DNA from: Octopus sinensis
Lineage: Eukaryota
Direction: 5' to 3'
Length of the DNA stretch: 64,000 nt
Assembly (NCBI RefSeq): GCF_006345805.1
Contig: NC_043001.1
Coordinates: 86,428,001-86,492,000 of the forward strand
Shown here: positions 13,412 through 27,005 of the stretch, in pieces
How the letters are laid out: every line of letters begins with the position of its first letter
Position numbering within the stretch: position 1 is the first letter of the stretch
Position numbers and translations under genes: made by a program
The notes under the pieces: generated by a model
Databases searched by the model: none
Told to the model about the DNA's origin: nothing
The model's input: the letters and a program-made list of their open reading frames with translations, nothing else

Positions 13412-14345
13412 GAAAAATTTACAAAAGTTTTTGGGGAGAATTTTCAAAGATTTTGGGAAAAAATTTTCAAAAATTTTCGGGGAAAATTTTCAAAACTTAT
13501 GGGGAAAATTTTCAAAAATTTTAGGGAAAAATTTTCAAAAATTTTCGTAGAAAATTTTCAAAGATTAAGGGGAAAATTTTCAAAAATTTTTGGTGAAAAT
13601 TTTCAAAAATTTTTGGAAAAAATTGTCAAAAATTTTTGGGCAAAATTTTCAAAAGTGTTTGAGAAAAGTTTTCACAAATTTTGCCGGAAATTTTCAAAAA
13701 TTTTCAAAAACTTTGGGGGAAAATTTTCAAGACCTTTCAGGAAAAATTCTGAAAATTTTTTTTAAATTTTCAAAACTTTTGTGGGAAAATTTTCAAAAAT
13801 TTATGGGAAAAGTTTTCAAAAATTTTAGGGAAAAATTTTCAAAAATTTTCGCAGAAAATTTTCAAAGATTATGGGGAAAATTTTCAAAAATTTTTGGTGA
13901 AAATTTTCAAAACTTTTTGGAAAAAATTGTCAAAAATTTTTGGGGAAAATTTTCAAAAGTGTTTGAGAAAAGTTTTCACAAATTTTTTTTAAATTTGGGG
14001 GAAAATTTTCAAAACCTTTCGGGAAAAATTCTGAAAAATTTTTTTACATTTTCAAAAATTTTGTGGGAAAATTTTCAAAAATTCTAAGGAAAAATTTTTT
14101 GAAAATTTTCAAAAATTTTGTGGGAAAATTTTCAAAAATTCTTAGGAAAAATTTTTCAAAAATATTCAGGAAAAATTATCAAAAATTTATGGGAAAAGTT
14201 TTCAAAAATTTTCAAATATTGTCGTAGAAAATTTTCAAAGATTATGGGGAAAATTTTCAAAAATTTTTGGTGAAAATTTTCAAAAATTTTAGGGAAAAGT
14301 TTTCAAAAATTTTCGTAGAAAATTTTCAAAGATTATGGGGAAAAT
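13412..14345. repeat. A/T-tract satellite (about 22-24 bp GGGAAAATTTTCAAAAATTTT unit, about 305-bp higher-order repeat)
   Basis: Block at about 13500-13790 recurs at about 13805-14090. Confidence 0.85.
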
Positions 14346-14462
<117 letters not shown>

Positions 14463-14878
14463 GGGCGATAGAGAAAAAAAGAATATTAGGTGTGTTGCAC
14501 AGAGATTGAATATTAAGAAAAAAAAGGTTGTCAAAATTTTGAAAAACCCTTTAGTTCATCATTATTATTAGCACTTTCGTTCCTTTCTGGAACTTGTCAA
14601 ATAAAATATGAATGCACAAACAGCTTGTTGATTTATATAAAACATGCTTTTTAACAGTTTTCTTTCGAAGAGAATATTGATATTGTTTTTTGAGGTTGAG
14701 TTTTTCATGACAATGGAGATGGATAGAAATATCACCTTCCTATTCACACTTTACTTATTTATTCATTTATTTATTTATCTAGTCGTTTATCATTGTATTG
14801 GTTCAAAGACGGTGACCTCTTCAAAAAACAAAATAGTTTATATATATATGAATGTATGTATGTATGTATATATATGTA

Positions 14879-14909
<31 letters not shown>

Positions 14910-14921
14910 TTGTATGTATGT

Positions 14922-14965
<44 letters not shown>

Positions 14966-14967
14966 CG

Positions 14968-15001
<34 letters not shown>

Positions 15002-15463
15002 TGTATGTATGAATGTATATATGTATGTATATATATTTATATGTATGCATGTATTTTAAATTAGTTATTTTCTTTATACTGCTATGATGTTGATAACGTA
15101 GTTCTACAAATAAAGCAAATTTGATTAAATTGAAATCGCTACAATATAAATAATTTGCCAAATATACTATATTTCTTGCGAACATATATATATTCCAAAT
15201 GAAGAAAAAATCCTCTAAAACGCATTGTATAGCATATAAAAAAATCAAAATCTATAAATATTTTCTTTAACATAATATAAACTCGAGATACTTGATTGTA
15301 GTGATCTTATATACATTATAAATCCATAAATTTTTCATATTGATTTCAGAATCACACCCAAATTTTGAGTAAAATGTTCATTCATAGTAGAGTGTATATG
15401 TCTTTGCACCAGTGTGTGTGAGCGTGTGTGTGTGTGTTTGTGAGTTTGTTTTATATATTTATG

Positions 15464-15523
<60 letters not shown>

Positions 15524-15527
15524 TATA

Positions 15528-15834
15528 GCGTAGAAGTGGCTGTGTGGTAAGTAAATTGCTTACTAACCACATGGTTTCGGGTTCACTCCAACTGCGTGGC
15601 ACCTTGGGCAAGTTTCCTCTACTATAGCCTCGGGCGGACCAAAGCTCTGTCAGTACATTTGGTAGACGAAAACAGGAAGAAGCCTGTCGTATATGTGTGT
15701 GTGCGCGCGCGTGAGCATGTTCGCGTTTAACTTCCCACTATCTCTTGACATCCGATGCTGATGTGTTTACGTCCCCGTAATATAGGCGGTGCTCTAGCAT
15801 GACCGCAGTCAAGTGACTGAAACAAGTCAAAAGA
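15528..15834 (+). mobile_element. Internally deleted SINE
   Basis: Head after (TA)n, tail gaaacaagtcaaaag. Confidence 0.7.
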
Positions 15835-15881
15835 ATATGTGTGTGTGTGTGTGTGCGTATGTGTGTATGTATGTGTGTATC

Positions 15882-15992
<111 letters not shown>

Positions 15993-16219
15993 ACATACAC
16001 ATGAATGTATCTCTGTGTGCATTTATGGATATGCACAAAGTAAATATGCATTCATACTAGCATAACTAGTATCTGAACACGTTTTCCAATAATGTTAATT
16101 TGTACATTAAACAATAGATAATATTTGAAATAATGCGATCAAACTAGTTAATAACGAAAGGCTGTTTTATCAAAATTAATTCAAATTATTTTTTGTTGTT
16201 TTTTGTTTTCATTTTCCAG

Positions 16220-16243
16220 GCAGAGACAGTGTACAAGATATTG
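16220..16243 (+). CDS. Micro-exon, 24 nt (G/C-R-D-S-V-Q-D-I)
   Basis: attttccag|GCAGAGACAGTGTACAAGATATTG|gtgagt. Confidence 0.78.
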
Positions 16244-16443
16244 GTGAGTAGAAAAGCTTCCTTACTTTACTTCTCTGTATATAGCATAACTTGTATCTGA
16301 ACACATTTTCCAATAATGTTAATTTGTACATTAAACAATACATAATATTTGAAATAATGCGTTCAGACTAGTTAATAACGAAAGGCTGTTTTATCAAAAT
16401 TATTTCAAATTATTTTTTGTTGTTTTTTGTTTTCCTTTTTCGG

Positions 16444-16467
16444 GCGAAGGACATGGATCGGATATTG
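16444..16467 (+). pseudogene. Pseudo-micro-exon (G-E-G-H-G-S-D-I type), acceptor lost
   Basis: 224-bp tandem paralogue of 16220; acceptor cag>cgg, donor weakened to gtcagt. Confidence 0.65.
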
Positions 16468-17552
16468 GTCAGTAGAAAAGATTCCTTACTTCATTTCTCT
16501 ATATATAACATCACTAACATCTGAACACATTTTCCAGTAATGCTAATTTGTGCATTAAACAATATATAATTTTCCAATAATATTAATTTGTATATTAAAC
16601 AATACATAATTTTCCAATAATGTTAATTTGTATATTAAACAAGAGAGAGAGGGAAAGAAAGAGAAAAAGAGAGTATTAGGTGTGTTGTACAGAAATTGAA
16701 AATTAAGAAAAAAAGGTCGTCAGAATTTTGAAAAACCCTTTAGTTCATCATTATTATTAGCGCTTTCGTTCCTTTCTGAAACTTGTCAAATAAAATATGA
16801 ATGCACAAACAGCTTGTTGATTTATATAAAACATGCTTTTTAACAGTTTTGTTTCGAAGAGAATATTGATATTGTTTTTTGGGGTTGAGTTTTTGATGAC
16901 AATGGAGATGGATAGAAATATCACCTTCCCATTCACCGTTTATTTATTTATTTATTTAGTCGTTTACCATTGTATTGGTTAAATTATGGTGAACTCTTCA
17001 AAAACAAAATAGTTGCAGTTTGGTCATCACTGAAAGACATTTTGTTTATTTCACTCTTGACCCTTGTTTTTTCCTTTCTTTCTTCTTCTTTCTTTTTCCT
17101 CCTTTCTTTCTGTATATTATATATATATATATTGAGTGAGAACAATCTTAATTAAGGGGATGCGTGCGGTTCATCATATAATATATTAATAAATAAAATA
17201 AAACATATGCATGTATATAAACATATATGTACGTACCTACCTCTACATGTACATATACATGCAAATATGAGTACAGGACACCAAAAAGGACGTCGAACAC
17301 AATGAGAAACAAAAACATAGACACAAACCAAAGGAACTGGACATTTATTTAAAAACAGCAGAAAAATGGAATACAGGACAATTAACACAAGGAAAAACCC
17401 CTTCTTCAGTCGCTAGAGCTTTCATCTACTCCACGTTTCGAAGGATAAAAGCGAGACGTATCTTCGACAAGAAAACTTTCCTTCCTGCGAAAAGCAAATC
17501 AATTAAAATTCTGAGCTCTTTTCGCAGAGGGTTAAAAAATAGTATATATAAT

Positions 17553-17610
<58 letters not shown>

Positions 17611-18399
17611 ATATCTGAACACATTTTTTCAATAATGTTTATTTCTACATTACACAATGGATATTACAACATACTTTTGAATCTTTAGACGTAAAATTAC
17701 GTACTACTCCATGTATTGGATAAGTTTGCTCTATTTCAGTTTTCAACACAGATTTCAAATTAGTTATCTTCTTTATGCTGGTATAATGTTGATAACCTGC
17801 TCACTGGGAGTTTGACAAATAAATCAAAGTTGATTAAATTGGAATCGCTACAATATGACTAACTTTCCAAATATACTATTTGCCTTAAGAACATGCATAT
17901 ATTTCAGACGATATGTAAGAACTCTTGTAGAAGAGATAAAAATCCTCGAAAACATATTGTATAGCATATCAACAAGTAAATTATAAAATCATTTTCTTTA
18001 AGATAACATAAACACGAGATATTTCAATTCATTTAATTTGAATTTCACACATTCTCTGTTTACAACCCCTGTTTTTTATGTTTTAATTATATTCTTTATA
18101 ATATTAATGTAGAATATAGAATATTTCGTATAAATAATATACATATAGTAAAATGAAATGTAGTATTGGTTGTCTTATTGAATAGATGAAATGTTGAATA
18201 TAAAATATTAGGGGACTAGTATAGTTTCATGTGTTATAGCAGTCTTCAAGGTCCTCAGGTTGTGACAAGAGTGTTTCATCCGTGTTTGACTGACTGTCTA
18301 TTGTCCTTTATAAAATGTTATTGTGGGCAGCAGCAGAAGTTCTTTGACTATTTTAGAAATGATATATATATATATATATATATATATGGAAAGATAGAT

Positions 18400-18440
<41 letters not shown>

Positions 18441-18715
18441 TAGATACATATATACATAGACAGAGAGTATAAGAACAATTCATTGTTTGTTTATTTTAAA
18501 GTAAACAGGCAACAAGTTAATAACGAAAGGCTGACTTTTTTCTTCTCTATAGATAGCATAACTAGTATCTGAACACATTTTCCAATAATGTTAATTTGTA
18601 CATTAAACAATAGATAATATTTGAAATAATGCGATCAAACTAGTTAATAACAAAAGGCTGTTTTATCAAAATTATTTCAAATTATTTTTTGTTGTTTTTT
18701 GTTTTCCCTTTTCGG

Positions 18716-18739
18716 GCGAAGGACATGGATCGGATATTG
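18716..18739 (+). pseudogene. Pseudo-micro-exon (GEGHGSDI type)
   Basis: Same 24-mer as 16444; cgg acceptor, gtcagt donor. Confidence 0.65.
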
Positions 18740-18983
18740 GTCAGTAGAAAAGCTTCCTTACTTCATTTCTCTATATATAACATCACTAACTTCTGAACAC
18801 ATTTTCCAGTAACGCTAATTTGTACATTAAACAATATATAATTTTCCAATAATGTTAATTTGTATATTAAACAATACATAATATTTGAAATAATGCGTTC
18901 AAACTATTTAAGAACGAAAGGCTGTTTTATCAAAATCAGTTTACATTTTTTCTTTTTTTTATTTCGTTTTTATCATTTTCCAG

Positions 18984-19007
18984 TCGTAGTTCCTGAAGCA
19001 GAAATTG
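18984..19007 (+). CDS. Micro-exon, 24 nt (V-V-V-P-E-A-E-I)
   Basis: cattttccag|TCGTAGTTCCTGAAGCAGAAATTG|gtgagt. Confidence 0.78.
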
Positions 19008-19452
19008 GTGAGTACAAAAGCTTCGTTGCTTGACATCTCTATATGTAGAATAACTAATATCTAAACCAGTTTTTTTTTTTTCAATAATGTAGACTTATTC
19101 TTTACACAATGTATATATTACAAAAGACATTTGAATCCCTGAAACATACAAATTGCGTGCTACTCGGTGTATTCGTAACGTTTGATATATTTCAGTTTTT
19201 AACTCAGATTTCAAATTAGGAAAAGAAAGATGGACGATGTTCGCGTGTGAGCAATGAGAGAGAGTAAATGAGAAACAGGGGGAGAGGGATGCAGATAGAG
19301 AACTGTGAAGGGGAGAAAAAAGGAATTAGAGAAAGGATGAGAGAGAAAACGTTAAGGGGAGTGAACAGTATAGGGTAGAGTCGCATCAAAAGGATTCAGA
19401 TATACAGCATTCAATCAAATAGTAATATAAGTATATATATGCATATATATAC

Positions 19453-19583
<131 letters not shown>

Positions 19584-20526
19584 GAGAGACAGAGAGACAG
19601 AGAGAGACAGAGAGACAGAGAGACATAGAGAGAGCATAACGTGTGATGTACAGAAATTGAATATTAAGAAAAAAAGGTCGTCAGAATTTCAAAAAACTCT
19701 TTAGTTCATCATTATTATTAGCACTTTCGTTCCTTTCTGGAACTTGTCAAATAAAATATGAATACACAAACAGTTTGTTGATTTATATAAAACATGCTTT
19801 TTAACAGTTTTGTTTAGGAGAGAATATTGATATTGTTTTTTGGTGTTGAGTTTTTCATGACAATGGAGATGGATAGAAATATCACCTTCCTATTCACCGT
19901 TTATTTATTTAGTCGTTTACCATTGTATTGGTTTAAAGTTGGTGACCTCTTCAAAAACAAAATAGTTGCGGTTTGGTCATCACTGAAAGACATTTTAATT
20001 TCACTCTTAACACTTCTTTCTTTCCTTTCTTTCTTCTTCTTTCTTTTTCCTCCTGTCTTTCTGTATATTATATATATATATATATTGAGTAAGAAAATGG
20101 CATGGACGATTTTTTGGAGTCCAATAATACCCTGTACGCCTATTTGATTATGAAGATTTACAAACATACATTCCCAGGGATACTCGGTTTACCTACCATT
20201 ATAAATAATACCAAATTACTTTCTCAAACCTTTCATAATGTGATACAAGTCTTTCGTGTAGCAATTGCATGCGGCTGAATAGGGCTTTTAAACTCTCTGT
20301 TATGTCGATTATGCATGGATGTAAGAATAAGTGGTCCTATAAAGCTCGAAACTTATGTACAGTGACTACATTTGTGTCCTGTTTATCATTTTATTTCATT
20401 TGATACATATATCCTCTCACCTATGCTGCTAGCTCGCATATACAGGTGCTTACATTTATCAAGTATTCACCCTGAATTTATATATATATATATGAATGTA
20501 TGTATGTATGTGTGTGTGTATGTATG

Positions 20527-20630
<104 letters not shown>

Positions 20631-21125
20631 GTATGTATTTCCAATTAGTTATTTTCTTTATAGTGCTATGATGTTCATAACGTACTGGGCGGAGGTTCTC
20701 CAAATAAAGCAAATTTGATTAAATTGGAATCGTTACAATATAAATAATTTGCCAAATATTCTATATTCCTTCCGAACTTATATATATTCCAAATGAAGAA
20801 AAAAAACCTCAATAACGCATTCTATAGATTATAAAAAATCAAAATATATAGATATTTTCTTTAACTAAATATAAATACGAGAAACTTGATTGCAGTAATA
20901 CCATATACATTATAAATCCATAACATTTTGACATCGATTTCAGAATCACACCCAAGTTTTGAGTAAAACATTCATTCATAGTAGAGTATATATGTCTTTG
21001 CATGAGTATATGTGAGTTCGTGTGTGTATTTCTTAGTTTGTTATATATATATATAACACCCTGATCACCGTGACCGAACAGGCTATCAGATGTTGATACC
21101 CATCGCTGGTCACAATGCGCTCCAC

Positions 21126-22290
21126 ATTTTGCCTTTGTTAGTAATGTTTTCAAGTTTTTAGGCTGTCTTTAAAAACTTGAAAACATTACTAACAAAGGCA
21201 AAATTTGACCTTAGCAACAAGGACCAAACATTCACGGTATCTAAATGCAATGATAGCCGATGTGGCACATGCCAATTCATACATACCGGTCAATATATAA
21301 ACACAAAAACCGGGAAAATATTCACAAACGCGAATATGAACTGCAAAAGCAGAAATTTAATTTACTGCATCAAATGCCCAAATTGTGAAGAAATATATGT
21401 AGGTCAGACGGGAAACGCACTATTAGAACGCTCACGTGTACACCGGCAACAGATTACAGACCCAGACGTCCGTCAGATGCCTTTGAGTAACCAACTAGCA
21501 ACATGTGGCCGGAAAATGTATATAATATTTCCGTTCTACAAATTACACAGCCCAAGTGAAATCGAGAGGAGAATCAGAGAAAAGAATTTTATTGATAAAT
21601 TCGAACCCAAGCTAAATAAACAATAATAATAATACTTAGAGGTATTACTTCCACTGCTACGACCATGACCACTAACAACAACAACAATACTAAAGGTGAT
21701 CAAGATGAAGATAGCAGGAAAATTATCTTATTTAGGGTTAAAAGTTCTATTGCCACCACCATCACCACTAGCAACAATAATTAAGGTACTGACAATGATG
21801 ATGATGACAATTGAAATATAAAAATATAAAAATCTCTGACAAAAGATATTTACAACATTTCTAAAAATAACCCAACAATTGCTGCTTCGGCCAGAGTCAA
21901 GATACAGGACTCTTGACATGTCCAACAAAGCGTGATGCCTAAACCAATCAGCTCAACCAACCAATCAGCTTAAGTAATTGAGTGATACTACACACTGATT
22001 GGTCAGAATACAGTTTGCAAAACCTAGCACTCTGGAGCCTACCCAGCTGTATTTTAGCACAGAATCAATCATCTTGCTACAGTCAAAAAATTGTGAAGCA
22101 TGACTGTCAACACTACTACATGAACCCGAAGATTGCAGAATTCAATGCATGAAAGTACTAGTTCAATCAGAATGAACATTTAACATTCTACTATTTCATT
22201 TTATTTTATTCAATTATAATATATTATCTTATAATATATCATTATAAGGATGTAAATAAAACGTGAAAATCAGACAAGGTTGGAATTCCT
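21126..22290 (+). mobile_element. 5'-truncated Penelope-like element with GIY-YIG endonuclease ORF (21177-21626)
   Basis: CxxxxCxxC knuckle, then NLIYCIKCPNCEEIYVGQT...ERSRVH...REKNFI...EPKLN. Confidence 0.85.
22121..22165 (+). ncRNA. Degenerate minimal hammerhead ribozyme in the Penelope 3' repeat
   Basis: tgaac-CCGAAGA-(tgca/tgca stem II)-GAAA-gtac-TA-gttca; core U>C substitution. Confidence 0.6.
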
Positions 22291-22579
22291 TTTATTAATA
22301 TATATATATATATATATAGCGCAGGAGTGACTGTGTGGTAACTAACTTGCTTACCATGCATATGGTTCCGAATTGAGTCCCACTGCGTGGCAACTTGGGC
22401 AAGTGTTCTCTACTATAGCCTCGAGCAGACCAAAGCCCTGTGAGTGGATTTGATAGACGAAAACAGGAAGAAGCCTGTTGTATATGTGAGTGTATGTGTG
22501 TATGTGTGTATGTATGTGTGTGTGTATCTATCTATATATATAGATAGATATATAGATAGATACATACATACAAACGTAC

Positions 22580-22650
<71 letters not shown>

Positions 22651-22651
<1 letters not shown>

Positions 22652-23897
22652 GTTTCTTTATTGGCTGCACACAGATGGGACAAGTTACAAGGTAGAGCTT
22701 TTCTTTTGGGGGATGAAAAAAAGGAGGTGGCATAGGTTTTCGATCAAGAGGGATCGTAAAAGGGAAGAAAAGAACAAAAAAAAATAAAAAATGAAAAAAG
22801 TAAATAGAATAAAAAATAAAAAAAAGATTAAAAAATTAAAAAAATGAAAGGGAAAAGGAACAAAAGAAAAGAGAAATGAAAAAAGAAGAAAAAGGGGAAA
22901 AAAAAGGGGAAGCGGAAAAAAAAAAAAGAACGATCAATAGGGATCGTGTATCACAGTGTTATGATATATGGTGTAAAGGGGAAAGCAAGTAAGGTTTATC
23001 CGTGGGAAGAAAAGCCTACGAAAAAGACCACGGTAACCTTGGTCAATATTGTTATATGTTACCACATTTGTTTGCAAGTGGGTAACCCTCTGTTTTCAAT
23101 TTCTGGGTTCATAGGATTATGCTCAAGGTGGCTTCGTCATTCATATGTGCCATCCTTGCTACATTCACCCATCTTTTTTTAAAACATTCGCTAGACAAAA
23201 CTTGCCTCTCTACTCTCACTTTCCTTTTCAAGTGGTACTTGAAGAAGTTGATGAGAGATTGACCAGAGAGGAAAGTGTTTGACTCCAATCCTTTCAGACG
23301 CGTCCACCAGATACATTCTTTCGCCATAGCCACAAGGATGATGAAAATAGCTCTTCCTTCACGTTTGAAAGGAAGAGGCGTGACAATATTGACGATAGAC
23401 TCAGCTGATAAACCGACTCGTCCACACGTGACAGCAGTTGTTCGACACAAGCCCACAGGTCGGAAATTGTTGGACACTGCACGAGTGCGTGCAGAACGGT
23501 TTCGTCGCTCTGACCGCATCTCGGGCAGGTCGGCCCCGTGTTTCTCGAGCCGTGTCTGTAGAGCTTATCCCGAACGGGTAGCGCTTCTCGGTAACACTGC
23601 CAGGCCAGGGATCTCTGGAAGTTGTCCATGGGCCCTGGCCCGAAAGTCGTCCTGAACAGGCGGGTCAGATACTCCTCGTCGACGTCCAGGTTCGACCCGA
23701 GCTCGTCGTCGTACTTCCCCTCCACTAATCCCCTATAGAATGCTTTGGTTGTGTTGAAGTCACTCAAGGTCGACCCAGGACGGCAGAGTTGCTTGAGAGC
23801 AACGCGACACTCGCGGTGCCATTCGCCCTTCCTCGGCCTCTTTTTGATCCACGACTGCAGTTCGGTCATGGAGACGAGCCGCGGGAAAGCGTGCCTC
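22651..23897 (-). mobile_element. Tx1/L1-clade LINE 3' fragment inserted in (GATA)n
   Basis: C-terminal CPRCGQSDETVLHALVQC zinc knuckle and 3'UTR; absent from the paralogous site at about 40900-41210. Confidence 0.8.
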
Positions 23898-23968
23898 ACA
23901 TTTTTTGCAATTATGTTAAATTCTATATTAAACCATTCATAAAATCGGAAAAGATTTGTGAATCCATT

Positions 23969-24064
<96 letters not shown>

Positions 24065-24283
24065 TACACACACTCGAGTGTATCTGTGTGTACATGTATG
24101 GATATACACAGTAAATATGCATTCATACTACTGTTTAACAGTCATACATAGAATATGTATTTAGTTACGAACTATTCAATTGTTGCTTTTCTGAATGTAT
24201 ACATGCAGCCAGGTAATTACGAAAAGATCTTTCATCAAAATTAATTTACGTTTTGTTTCAAGCTTTTTTTTTTTATATTTCGG

Positions 24284-24307
24284 ACAAATATCCTGAAATA
24301 TTCGCGA
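24284..24307 (+). pseudogene. Heavily decayed micro-exon homologue (paralogue at about 41449)
   Basis: T-tract then cgg ACAAATATCCTGAAATATTC at the exon position of the repeat unit; no donor. Confidence 0.35.
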
Positions 24308-24905
24308 TAATTACTGATTTGAAGAAATTCTTCGTGCTTTTACTTCGATATATATAACATCACAATTCTCTGAACACGTTTTTAGCAATGATGTTAAATT
24401 CTATATTAAACAGTTCATAAAATCGGAAAAGATTTGTGAATCCATCAGGCAGAAAAAATACGTTCCATACGGGGATTTGCTAACAATTAGTCAATTCGAA
24501 TTTTCAAAACAGATTCAATATTCTTTTATTCATTATGGTATAATGTTGACAACGTGGATGGAGGAAGATATAATGAAGGAAGTTGCATTAGATTTGGATA
24601 GCTACATTAAGAATAGCCGTAAAACACACTCTTACATAGATAGCATTGAGCTGAAATCTGGATTCATTTGTTTATCATGCTTACAAATGGACACACATTT
24701 GTATACCAGGGTATGTATGCATTTATGTATATGCACGAAGTAAATATATATAATTCTGTTTAATGGTCATAGAGAAAACATGCATTTACCTGTGAAATAT
24801 TCAATGGTTCTTCATTTTAAATTATACATGCAACTAGTTAATAACGAAGGGCTGTTTTATCAAAATATATTCACATTAATTTTTCCTGTTTCCTTCATTT
24901 TTCAG

Positions 24906-24920
24906 CCGCCATACAATTTG
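24906..24920 (+). CDS. Micro-exon, 15 nt (A-A-I-Q-F)
   Basis: catttttcag|CCGCCATACAATTTG|gtgagt; upstream intron homologous to that of the 24-nt exons. Confidence 0.75.
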
Positions 24921-24949
24921 GTGAGTAGGAAAGGCTCGTTTCTTAGCTA

Positions 24950-25009
<60 letters not shown>

Positions 25010-26051
25010 GTATGTATGGATGTGTATATGTATGTATGTGTGTATGTATGTATGTATGTATGTATGTATGTGTATATGTATGTATGTGTGTATGTATGTA
25101 TGTATGTATGTATGCATGTATGTATATAAAATATCTGAACACATTTTTTCATTAATGTTTATTTCTACATTACACAATGGATATTACAACATACTTTTGA
25201 ATCTTTAGACGTAAAATTACGTACTACTCCATGTATTGGATAAGTTTGCTCTATTTCAGTTTTCAACACAGATTTCAAATTAGTTATCTTCTTTATGCTG
25301 GTATAATGTTGATAACCTGCTCACTGGGAGTTTGACAAATAAATCAAAGTTGATTAAATTGGAATCGCTACAATATGACTAACTTTCCAAATATACTATT
25401 TGCCTTAAGAACATGCATATGTTTCAGACGATATGTAAGAACTCTTGTAGAAGAGATAAAAATCCTCGAAAACATATTGTATAGCATATCAACAAGTAAA
25501 TTATAAAATCATTTTCTTTAAGATAACAGAAACACGAGATATTTCAATTCATTAATTTGAATTTCACACATTCTCTGTTTTACAACCCCTGTTTTTTATG
25601 TTTTAATTATATTCTTTATAATATTAATGTAGAATATAGAATATTTCGCATAAATAATATATATATAGTAAAATCTATGGAAAGATAGAGAGAGATAGAG
25701 AGAGAGACAGACAGAGACAGACCAGACAGACAGACAGACAGACAGACAAGACACACAAAGACAGACAGACTATAGATACATATATACATAGACAGAGAGT
25801 ATAAAGAACACATCATTGTTTCTTTATTGGAAAATAAACAGGCAGGCAACAAGTTAATAAAGAAGGCTGACTTTTTTCTTCTCTATAAAATAGCATAACT
25901 AGTATCTGAACAATTTTCCAATAATGTTCATTTGTACATTAAACAATGATATCTATTTGAAATAATGCGATCAAACTAGTTAATAACAAAAGGCTGTTTT
26001 ATCAAATTTATTTCAAATTATTTTTTGTGTTTTTTGTTTTTCCTTTTTCGG

Positions 26052-26075
26052 GCGAAGGGCATGGCATGGATATTG
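26052..26075 (+). pseudogene. Pseudo-micro-exon (GEGHG type), both splice sites lost
   Basis: cgg acceptor, donor gt>at (atcagt). Confidence 0.6.
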
Positions 26076-26328
26076 ATCAGTAGAAGAGCTTCCTTACTTT
26101 CTTCATTTCTCTATATAAGACATCAATAACTTCTGAACACATTTTCCAGTAACGCTAATTGTACATTAACAAATATAATTTTCCATAATCTTAATTTGTA
26201 TTAAACAATACATATATTTGAAATAAAGCGTTCAACAAACTAGTTAAGAACGAAAGGCTGTTTTAATCAAAATCAATTTACATTTTTTCTTTTTTTTATT
26301 TCGTTTTAATATCATTTTTCTGTCGTAG

Positions 26329-26346
26329 TTCCTGAAGCAAAATTTG
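26329..26346 (+). CDS. Candidate 18-nt micro-exon, shifted acceptor (V-P-E-A-K-F)
   Basis: tttttctgtcgtag|TTCCTGAAGCAAAATTTG|gtgagt; lies in an error-rich copy of the array. Confidence 0.4.
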
Positions 26347-27005
26347 GTGAGTACAAAAGTTTCGTTGTTTCACTTCTCTATATATAGCATAACTAAATCT
26401 AAACACGAAACGTTTTTTTTTTCAATAATGTAGAACTTTTTGGAGTCCAATAATATCCGTACGCCGTTTTGATTATGAAGATTTAAAACATACATTCCCG
26501 GGATACTCGTTTTACCTACCATATAAATAATACCAATTTTCTTTCCTCAAAACCTTTCATAATGTGATACAAAGTCTTTGTCGGTGTAGCAATTGCATGC
26601 GGCTGAAGTGGGCTTTTAATTAACTATCTGTTTATGTCGATTATGCATTGATGTAAAAAGAATAAGTGGTCCTATATAAAGCTCGAACTTCATGTCACTT
26701 CTTTGGTGAGTAGGAAAGCTCGTTTTCATGCTAACACACACACATATAAATATATAAGATGATATATAATATAAACATATATCTAGTATTATTGTATATA
26801 TATATATATAAATAATATATACTATATATAATATATATAATGTATGTATATATATATATATATATTAATATATCTAGTATGTAATGTATGGGAAATTTGT
26901 GTATGTATGTATGTATTGTATGTATGTATGTAGCCTGTATGTATGTATGTATGTATGTTATGATATTTATGTAAGTATGCTATGTATGTAATGGGTATGT
27001 ATAAA

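Noticed and set aside
13499-14087. Amphipathic-looking KFSKIFGENFQ repeat ORFs
   Set aside because: Satellite translation, open in more than one frame, with no splice or start context
24477-24743. 88-aa ORF repeated at 41661-41900
   Set aside because: Falls in the duplicated intron module; homologous positions in other units are not open
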